A DNA stretch of 63,563 nt, counting the filler, from Pelomyxa schiedti (lineage: Eukaryota > Protista > Evosea): NCBI GenBank assembly GCA_020536535.1. It is 4 parts of 4 records of this genome, joined end to end, with 100 filler letters (N's around TTAATTAATTAA, not from the genome) between each part and the next. Parts side by side here need not be neighbours in the genome. Positions count along the whole stretch, not along the records: positions 27,558 to 56,134 come from JAHLWZ010001021.1; positions 56,235 to 61,084 come from JAHLWZ010001551.1; positions 61,185 to 63,563 come from JAHLWZ010002015.1; 1 more part is not named here. One strand, 5' to 3'. Under the pieces are notes generated by a model. It did not search any database. It was not told where the DNA came from and worked only from the letters and a program-made list of their open reading frames with translations. This document shows, piece after piece, positions 48,810 through 63,563 of the stretch (positions within the stretch are counted from its first letter, which is position 1; each line of letters starts with the position of its first letter). Both the position numbers and the translations under genes were made by a program.

Positions 48810-50639
48810 TCAGGGTTGTTGTGGATAGGGACATATCTACATTCGCTCCATGTGAGAAAGAATTCAAACAAGGAGACCTACCCTTATTGTTTTATCATAG
48901 GAGCCGCTTATGAAACCAGTGCCATGGGGTATTATAACTCGAACCCGGTCTTCATGTAGGCTCAATAGCCGTTTTCTGTTCAGGGCAACAGCTATTCCAC
49001 CTATAACAGCAGAAACTTCAAGGCTCCACCACTGTGGGTGTGGTTAGGATTCTGCGTAATTATTATACTTAGTGAATATTGGCTAGATTTTATGAATAGT
49101 ACCCGGATTGTGCCATCTCCATGGCCAGATACAAGGTCAACAACAATCTTTGCGCCTGGTGTCACAGCTTGTGACAAGACGGCAACGGCTGAAATGCCAC
49201 TGAAACAACACGTTTGCTTCAGGCAGACAAGGGATCCACCAAAAGTGGATGGTCCACTGAGGAAGTTTGTAATGTCCCAGACTTTAAGAACTAAAGTGGA
49301 GTGGGAAAGAAGGTAACTCAAGCGGGATTCCTTACATGTATCATCAGACCCCGTCAAAAGGAGATCGATTTTATCGAGGTGGATTATGTTCATTGTTCTG
49401 ATAGGTCCTACATGCGCTCTGGTGGTTTTGACCGGGTTGAAAAGTAGGAAAGATTTCACACCTGAAAGCTTTGAAACATTCAAATCTGGAATTCCATACG
49501 CGGACATATCCATCATCACCTTGGGGATTAATAAATATATTAAAATTCAAATACAAAAAGAACCTGTAGTCCACAAAAGAGGAGTCCGGAGTGTGGAGTT
49601 GAACTCTGCAATAATTTCTCTTATTTCACCCTAATTTGTGAGTCAAATAACCACTTGCGTTTTCCATACTTTATGAGCTCCAGATATTGTATGGACAGGT
49701 GTCATGTTTGTTAGATTCCACACTTTAACCTCCCCTAAAATGTATTAATATAAACGCAACACCTTTGTCAGAGAGACCTGTTCCTGTTCCAGCGAAAAGC
49801 AAATCGTCCATAATAAAGAGGGCTTTGACACCAACTAGTAAAAATAAGACACTGAAGTAAATCAGGAGACCAACCATCGTGGCTTATGGTTGCTGCAAGA
49901 GGGTTGGGAGCTGTGAGATTCCATACCTTGACCCTGAAAACTTAGAGAAAAGGATACTTAAAATTGAATAGTACGAGTCAGCGTGAGCAGAGTAGAGTCT
50001 ATTTGCATTGAGTTTGAGCTGGAATGTTGGCCCTAGGGACAGTTCCTTTACAACTGTAAAGGGGCTTGTATTCCACACCTTCAGAAACAATGAAAAAAAA
50101 AAAAATCCTGCCCTCTATCATAACTACCTTGACAGTGCCGTCCATTGAACCACTGAACAATAGATTATTGAAAACAGCCAATGAAACGACACATGCAGTA
50201 TGACTGCTAAGACAGTGAGATGGCATGAGGTCTTTGCCAGTAAGTTGGATACTTGGACAAAAAAGAATAACCCACTTTCAGGTTTGTTGATTGCCATCAT
50301 GGCTTGAAGTCTTCCCACTTCCTCCCTCAAAAGAGCAAGTTCAACATCCCTCTCTGCAATATATCCCCTATGCCATTTTTTTTTTTTTTTAAAAAAGCGA
50401 TTTTCCAAAGCACAACTAAACACCGGGAATTTCGCAAGTATGTCGCCCATTGGCAATACCACACAATAGCAACCCATAATAGATAACAAGGCGGTTGCCG
50501 GGACGTACTTGAGAGCTTCGTAGGGGCACCTCTCCAAGTGGGCGGCCAGCTCCCCAATCCCCCCGTCCGCCGCCATCGTGCTGCCCCCCACGCTCCCTCG
50601 CCACGTGCACCCCCGGTGTCCATGCACGCATTCCATCAC
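48810..50639 (-). CDS. TRAF/SINA-type zinc finger, coiled coil and WD40 protein (TRAF7-like, no RING seen)
   Basis: MECVHGHRGCTWRG..LAAHLERCPYE, coiled-coil exon, WD repeats SHTACVVSLAVFNNLLFSGSMDGTVKVW, LLTGSDDTCKVWD, FISGSYDKTIR. Confidence 0.78.
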
Positions 50640-50840
50640 AAGGCCCTCCTTGACTAATCAGGAGACAATCAACCGATCTACTGGGTCGGCCTCCTTGAGT
50701 CCCCTCAGGAGGTTTATCGGAATTATGGAGCGTGGGGGTCAACTTCCACTCCTGCGGGAACAGGCGAGGCAGGGCAGAGGCCCACACAAGAGCCAGCAAA
50801 GTAAACGAAGTGGCGAAAAACCAGCACCAACGAAAAACCA

Positions 50841-52790
<1,950 letters not shown>

Positions 52791-52819
52791 TAACCAAGTA
52801 ACTAAGGTTTTTAAAATCA

Positions 52820-52914
52820 CTGCCACGAATATCTTGTTGGTACCCCCTCCTTCGGACTGCTTGGCGCTGAACCCAAGGCAGAACAGGGATTCACTCACCT
52901 GTGACATGTCGCTG
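52820..52914 (-). pseudogene. remnant of the tandem gene family at 53397-56134, interrupted by an insertion
   Basis: ACGAATATCTTGTTG and ACCCAAGGCAGAACAGGGATTCACTCACCTGTGACATGTCGCTGCA match 54940-55135 with an internal deletion. Confidence 0.8.
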
Positions 52915-53324
52915 CAAAGGTGCGGACGAATATTCGTACTTCGAATAAATTCGATTTTTTTTGACTATTCGTCGAATGTCGAATCCTGGTACTATTTGGT
53001 ATTCGGTTCTTTTGTTGTTGTATGTGGGAAAGTGTGCTGCCCACACTATTGGTGGGGGTAGATGCAATTAATAGGTGCCGACAGAAAGTGTTTGTACCTT
53101 GCGTGCCCCGTTAACGTAAGATGCACGTGTTCCTTTTTGCGACAAATCCGGATTTGCGACAGTCAAAAAAATTCCCTTTCGCATAACAAACAATAATTGG
53201 CCAGACGAGTGAGGTATGCACAAGTTGGGAACACCTCGAATATCGAACGTCGAATACCGTTTTTTTGTCCGAATATTCGTTTTTCGGATGCCATCCTGGC
53301 CTATTCGGTATTCGCGCAGCTTTG
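52915..53324. mobile_element. non-autonomous DNA transposon (MITE-like), 410 bp, 9-bp TSD
   Basis: Direct repeat ATGTCGCTG at 52906-52914 and 53325-53333; ends CAAAG...CTTTG with imperfect TIRs CAAAGGTGCGGACGAATA / CAAAGCTGCGCGAATA; many subterminal CGAATA/TATTCG motifs. Confidence 0.82.
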
Positions 53325-53396
53325 ATGTCGCTGCAGTAAAACGGTACCAACTTAGTTTGCCGACTTTGATTCGAAAAGAAAGGTGGTGAGATTTGA

Positions 53397-54737
53397 TTAC
53401 AAGAAGGAGAGTTGTGTGTTGATTGTGTCAAGGGTGAATGACACATCGATCACGAGAACAACGAAGCCAGACAATGCCTCCAACACGAATATCTTGTTGT
53501 TCTCCATGACTGCAAACAAGAACCCCCTTGTGCCACCAACGACCTGCCGGAAGTGGTCATCATGGTTGATACACCTCACTGGATGTGCTGTGTTGTTGAC
53601 ATCCCACAGTTCGTAGGACTGGCTGTATCTGAAACCAGTGCAAAACAGGGATTCACTCACCTGTGACATGTCAGTGCAGTGTGTTGCAAGCTGAGTACTT
53701 GTACCAGTTATCGATTCCACCGTGTAGACAGTATCTTGGATGTTGTGGCAAATGAACACCACCTGGCCAGTTCTCTTCCTCACGATGAGTGCTCGAATGT
53801 AAGCGTCCACCATTGGAGTGGGGCACTTTGTTGTGCTCAACACTGCCAGCTTCCCGGTTCTGTGTGTCTGATCCAGGTCAACAAGGGTGAACACTGCCAG
53901 CCCAAATAGATTCTCGTAACTCAACAGCAAAGCCTCGTCACGATCCAAATTGTTGAGCTCCACAAAAATTCCATGGACACTCAGAGAAATATAATAATCA
54001 ACGGGGACAACAACTGTAGGAACAATTTCCACAGCAGGGTCACTTTCATGTGTCGAGGCACTTTTGTGGGTGCTTCCACACTGAGCGTGTTGTGGAAGCT
54101 TAGATAGGAGCAAGTCATAGAACGTGGGTGAGTCACGACCACTCGGGGTGCAGTCAACAGCCCACCTGCTGTTTATTCCCCGGAAGTCACTATCACATTC
54201 AAAACTGTACTCCACAAGTGGGGCAGAAGAGGAAGACTGAGACCCCAGAGTACCAACACCCACACCAGCACAATCACGTATGTTGTTGTTGTTGCTGTGC
54301 GCTGTGATCACCGATGATGACTCGTCACGGCTCAGATAGACACTGGGCCCAATCCACTTTTCGTCTCCAGACACACCACGGACCTGATGCACGCCCCTGC
54401 ACCCACTCCCATAATGGCGGTTGTCACACACTCCCAGGGTCGAGGCGGACACGGACAGCGACGCCACGAGGCTCCCGGCGCGCACGGACCCGCGGCGGCC
54501 GTGGCGCCGCGGAACCGCCACCACGACCAAGGGCACGGCGGCGGCGGGCCCCACCACGAAGTCGCGCCACAACAGGAGCAAGAGCGGCGGGGTGGCGGCG
54601 ATGAGGCGCGGGGGGCTGGCGGCGCCGCAGCGGGGGTGGGTGCACAGCACGAACGACGCGAACTGGTCCCGGCAGTTGCCTGCTGTGGCCCGCGCGCTCT
54701 TGATCCCAATTTCGGTGGCTGGGCGTGGCCGAGACAT
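53397..54737 (-). CDS. intronless lineage-specific family protein (HPRCGAASP motif), copy A
   Basis: Uninterrupted 446-aa ORF that aligns along its length with 54852-56126. Confidence 0.85.
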   Translation of the reverse strand: MSRPRPATEIGIKSARATAGNCRDQFASFVLCTHPRCGAASPPRLIAATPPLLLLLWRDFVVGPAAAVPLVVVAVPRRHGRRGSVRAGSLVASLSVSASTLGVCDNRHYGSGCRGVHQVRGVSGDEKWIGPSVYLSRDESSSVITAHSNNNNIRDCAGVGVGTLGSQSSSSAPLVEYSFECDSDFRGINSRWAVDCTPSGRDSPTFYDLLLSKLPQHAQCGSTHKSASTHESDPAVEIVPTVVVPVDYYISLSVHGIFVELNNLDRDEALLLSYENLFGLAVFTLVDLDQTHRTGKLAVLSTTKCPTPMVDAYIRALIVRKRTGQVVFICHNIQDTVYTVESITGTSTQLATHCTDMSQVSESLFCTGFRYSQSYELWDVNNTAHPVRCINHDDHFRQVVGGTRGFLFAVMENNKIFVLEALSGFVVLVIDVSFTLDTINTQLSFL

Positions 54738-54851
54738 CTATCAACAGTTCAATTTTGTATGCTTCTGTATGTAGAAAGGGCGGAATTCCTTTGGGTTTTT
54801 TTGGGAAAGAAATGCAGAGCAAAAAACAATGTATCACTTTTTAAGAATGAA

Positions 54852-56134
54852 TTACAAGAAGGAGCTTTGTGTGTTGATTGCGTCGATGGTGAATGACACA
54901 TGAATCACCATGACAACGAAGCCAGACAATGCCTCCAACACGAATATCTTGTTGTTCCCCCTCACTGCAAACAAGAACCCCCTTGTGCCACCAACAACCT
55001 GCCAGAAGTTGTCACCAGGATCTATACACCTCACAGGCAGTGCTGTGCTGTTGACATCCCACAGTTCGTATGAGTGCTTGTGTATGGACCCAAGGCAGAA
55101 CAGGGATTCACTCACCTGTGACATGTCGCTGCACCCTACGGAAAGCAGACCACTTGCGCCAGTGATTGATTCCACCACGTGGACAACACCTAGGCTGTTG
55201 TGGCAAATGAACACCACTTGGCCAGTTGTCTTCCTCATGATGAGTGCTCGAAGGTATTCCCCCTCTCCAAGATCTGGGCACTTTGTTGTGCTCAGAACTG
55301 CCAGCTTCCCGGTTCTGTGTGTCTGTTCCAGGTCAACAAGTGTGAACACATGAACAGCCTCATAACTCACCAGCAAAGCCTCGCCAGGATCCAACTTGTT
55401 GAGTTGTACAATAACACCAATCATGCTCAGAGGAACACCGTTAACTGGTACAACAACTGTAGGAACAATTTCCACAGCAGTGTCATTCTCCTGTGTAGAG
55501 GCACTTTGGTGTGGGCTTCCATTCTGATCGTGTTGTGGAAGCTTAGATAGGAGCAAGTCATAGAACGTGAAGGAGCCAGGACCACTCAGGATCCAGTCAA
55601 CAGCCCACTTGTCATTTGTTTCCCAAAAGGGTTTTTTGAAGTTCCTATGATTGTGATTGACACTGTACTCTGAATCTGAAGGGGAAGGTTGAGATCCCAG
55701 AGTACCAACATCCACACCAATGCAACCACGTGTGTTGCATTTGCTATACATCCTTATCCTCCGAGATGAGTTGTCACTCGTCAAATAGACACTGGGCCCA
55801 ATCCACCTTTCTTCACCAGACATACCCCGGACCTGCCAAATGTCCCTGCCACAACGATCGCCGCTGTAGCACCCGCCGCTCCCATAATGGTGGTTGGCGG
55901 TGCACACTCCCAGCGTTGAGGCAGACACAGCAAGCGACGCCACGAGGCTGATGGGAGGCTTGTCCCCACAGCGGGCGTGGCGCGGGGGCTTCGCAACCAA
56001 GACCAAGGGCACGGCGGCGGCGGGCCCCACCACGAAGTCGCGCCACAACATGAGCAAGAGCGGCGGGGTGGCGGCGATGAGGCGCGGGGGGCTGGCGGCG
56101 CCGCAGCGGGGGTGTGTGCACAGCACGAACGACG
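54852..56134 (-). CDS. intronless lineage-specific family protein, copy B (5' end in gap)
   Basis: 424+ aa ORF sharing ASFVLCTHPRCGAASPPRLIAATPPLLL..WRDFVVGP, VDLEQTHRTGKLAVLSTTKCP and DMSQVSESLFC with copy A. Confidence 0.85.
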
Positions 56135-56234
56135 NNNNNNNNNNNNNNNNNNNNNNNNNNNNNNNNNNNNNNNNNNNNTTAATTAATTAANNNNNNNNNN
56201 NNNNNNNNNNNNNNNNNNNNNNNNNNNNNNNNNN
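56135..56234. other. scaffold gap with TTAATTAATTAA linker
   Basis: 44 N + linker (56179-56190) + 44 N. Confidence 0.98.
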
Positions 56235-58163
<1,929 letters not shown>

Positions 58164-58199
58164 ATATTATCCTTCAAACATTCAAACAAAAAAAAACAA

Positions 58200-60834
<2,635 letters not shown>

Positions 60835-61084
60835 TGAAACAAGACAACTTTCTCCTTATCAGTTTCGGCGAACAGGGAATCTCAGTGTTCCTTGGGACCT
60901 GGTCGCAACATAACATAAGAGTGGTACATTCTGGCTTCTATGTATAGTGTGACAATCCCTGCAGGTGGTGAGAAAACCCATGAAATCACAAGTTTCCATC
61001 TTTTTCTTCATGTTGCACGGTGGGCTGAGGCCGACGAACCCCAACAAGTTCATACAACGTGAGTATTACCATACCTGCCACTGA

Positions 61085-61184
61085 NNNNNNNNNNNNNNNN
61101 NNNNNNNNNNNNNNNNNNNNNNNNNNNNTTAATTAATTAANNNNNNNNNNNNNNNNNNNNNNNNNNNNNNNNNNNNNNNNNNNN
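61085..61184. other. scaffold gap with TTAATTAATTAA linker
   Basis: 44 N + linker (61129-61140) + 44 N. Confidence 0.98.
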
Positions 61185-63546
61185 TGGGTTTGAATGAGCA
61201 TGATGAAAACTGGCTGTCAAATCAGGCAGGCTCCACAGAGTCGTTTCCACTGGTTCCCCGTTTTTCCCAGCGCACATTGAACATCGTGCCTCTGAATTTA
61301 ATGTTACCGGGGGCAGAATGATGAATTTTGAATTTTGGGGTTAACATTGTTTCTGTGTTTGAGTTTGCTTGTTAATTGGTTTCAAATTGAACCTGTTCTG
61401 AGCCCCCATTTTACCCATGATCCACAGAGAACGTGGTTTGACAGCTCTGTGTGCGAAATTCCCGACGATTGCCTCCACTTCGCATCCACAATCAACCTCA
61501 TCTACAATACAATGATGCATCTAAGAGACAATATTCGCTTTTGATGGCGTGTGTGCAAAATTGTTTTTTTCGCAGGGCTCGACGCAGTGCTCAATAAAAA
61601 CTGATGTGTTACAGTGTAAGAATGCCTCATGTACAACACATCAGTGTCCACACATAATTCCAGTTCCTTGGATGGTTCGGTGGTACTACTCGTGGCAGTC
61701 ATTGCTGATGATTACACAGATTAATATCCGATAGAAGAACCAACCAGGAGACTCTAAAAGATGCCTTCGCAGAAGCGAGGTACATCAGGTTCACTCAGGA
61801 ATCTGCCCGTCTGGTACCTCTTTTATGCAGAATCAACGGAGTGTTCCCCGGAAGAAACATCTTTTTCTGCTCAGACGAAGGTTCTCTGTCCACCAGTTAG
61901 GAAGTAGCTCTTCAAGGCACCTCACTCTGCTAGACCCTCCTCCGATCGATTATCTGATGCCTGGTATCGCTACCTGTTGCTGAAATTTAAATGTCAACGG
62001 AACCACCACCAACATATTATACTATACAGGTTGTTGGTTTCACATGCTCAAACCCCGCTAAGCTCCTTCCACTTCTCGTTGATCACAACAACAAGGTGCC
62101 TCAAGTCAAATCATTGTTATAATATTTTTTTTACCTCCTTTTTTTTTCACAAAGGAGGTACAGACAGACGTGACTTCAGAACTGGAGCTGGGTGTTGTTG
62201 GCCATCGCATGACTTCCGAATTAAGCTAATCACTGAAAGGATAGAATGAAGGTGATGGACCTTGTCATACTTGAGGAAAGGAAGGACACCACCTGGTGGG
62301 ATGCCAATCACACAAACAAAGACGCCAACCAAGCAACTTGATGCTACTATTATTACTTTTTTTTTTTTACAATGTGAAGGTGGGCACAGGTGTATGAGGT
62401 GGAGGAAGTTGGGAGAATGTGTTGTTGGCACACCCAAGGAATTTGATGATTGGGTTTGGTTTGGTGATGTCCATGTGGAATGGGTTGTTTCCTGTGAGAA
62501 ACTTGCACCGCATCGCAATTCCATAGCAGAAACTCTCCACGTTCTTGTGGCCACAGCCTATTACAAACAGATCATCTGAGGATAAGTTATCACAATGAAG
62601 AAGAAAGACGAGATTGCTGAACTTGAAATTTTCCCGTACTGGAGGGTAAATTCATACGGAGCCTGCAATGCTATCATGGAGTTGATAAGAGGAATGAAGT
62701 GCTCTTCCTTTACTGAAAGAATGAAAACAAAAATAACCGGCCCTTTAACGTAAATACAGGAGGAGGTTAGAAACCAGAAGTACCTGTACATATTTCAAAC
62801 GCCGTAACTACTTACTACGAAAAATTCGTTCTGGGATTCCAGCAATCATTGATTCGGGAACTGCAGACCGGAGTTAGTAAAAGAGATATGGGGGGGTGTT
62901 ATTGAGCAGCCGTGCATACACTTCGCTGGAGCGGAACGACTGTCCACAATGCACTGCCTATTTGACGTGGTTTGGAAGGAGATATACTCCATTGAGCTTT
63001 TAGTATGTACAAGGCTTCTGGAGTCGTCTTCAACACGCTGCTCTTGGGCACTGGTGTCCGTGTCTCGCTTGCTTCTAGAAGAGGGATAATAATCGCGGTC
63101 TTGAGCAGTTGTTGAAGGGATGTGGTCGCGGTTCTTCCTCCTCAGGGGTTGTGGTCCCATCATGACGGCAGGAGGTGGGATTATTACCTCAGGTGATCCC
63201 AGCGGTGATTGAATTGGGCGCAACTTGGGGCCCCTATTTCGATCTCTTGAGCACAGTGAGATGGAGTTTGATGCAAAAGGCGCCACACCAGGGATGGTTG
63301 ACACGAGGAGGATAATCTTGGACTTGATGTGCGATCTGGGCCAAATTTAAGTTCCTTGCGAAAGGTAGAACCACCCGTACCTTGTGGAAGAGCACTTGGG
63401 AGTGACGTGGAATGCAATGACCTCCTTTGGGTTTGAAGGAGTATGATGAAAACTGGCTGTCAAATCAGGCAGGCTCCACAGAGTCGTTTCCACTGGTTCC
63501 CCAGTTTTCCCACTGCATGTTGAGCATCGTGCAACTTCATTTAATG
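61185..63546 (+). repeat. diverged direct repeat of about 120 bp (61185-61305 and 63428-63546), possibly marking a 2.24-kb tandem unit
   Basis: Shared ATGATGAAAACTGGCTGTCAAATCAGGCAGGCTCCACAGAGTCGTTTCCACTGGTTCCCC with divergent flanks. The interior has protein-like fragments but many stops. Confidence 0.75.
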
Positions 63547-63563
63547 GTTTGAGTTTGGGGTTA

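Overview
Gene-dense eukaryotic scaffold with many short (about 45-60 nt) spliceosomal introns and five 100-nt assembly gaps. It most resembles the anaerobic archamoeba Pelomyxa, inferred from the HPRCGAASP-type gene family and the PINK1-like kinase and not checked by search. Genes read across introns include an eIF2-alpha kinase, AP-3 sigma, EHD, a cAMP-receptor-like GPCR, MAP65/Ase1, an MFS-like transporter, an SMPDL3-like phosphodiesterase, decayed ClpB pieces, a bacterial-type BPL-N protein, an SH2 protein, tRNA-Glu(TTC), an ankyrin protein, about 8 secreted or surface proteins, a scramblase, a zinc-finger/WD40 protein, a SIRT2-like sirtuin, tandem intronless paralogs and a PINK1-like kinase with a 1.9-kb inverted duplicate. 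The standout is 12291-19978. A Mortierella/Mycoavidus-type NLR-like protein (Arm-like, NACHT, pentapeptide, WD40) appears to splice in frame through a 49-nt intron onto a class I cyclic-nucleotide phosphodiesterase domain with an altered substrate pocket, giving about 2439 aa. The ORF track hides this fusion. A 410-bp MITE-like insertion with a 9-bp target-site duplication lies at 52915-53324. Exon boundaries were read by eye.
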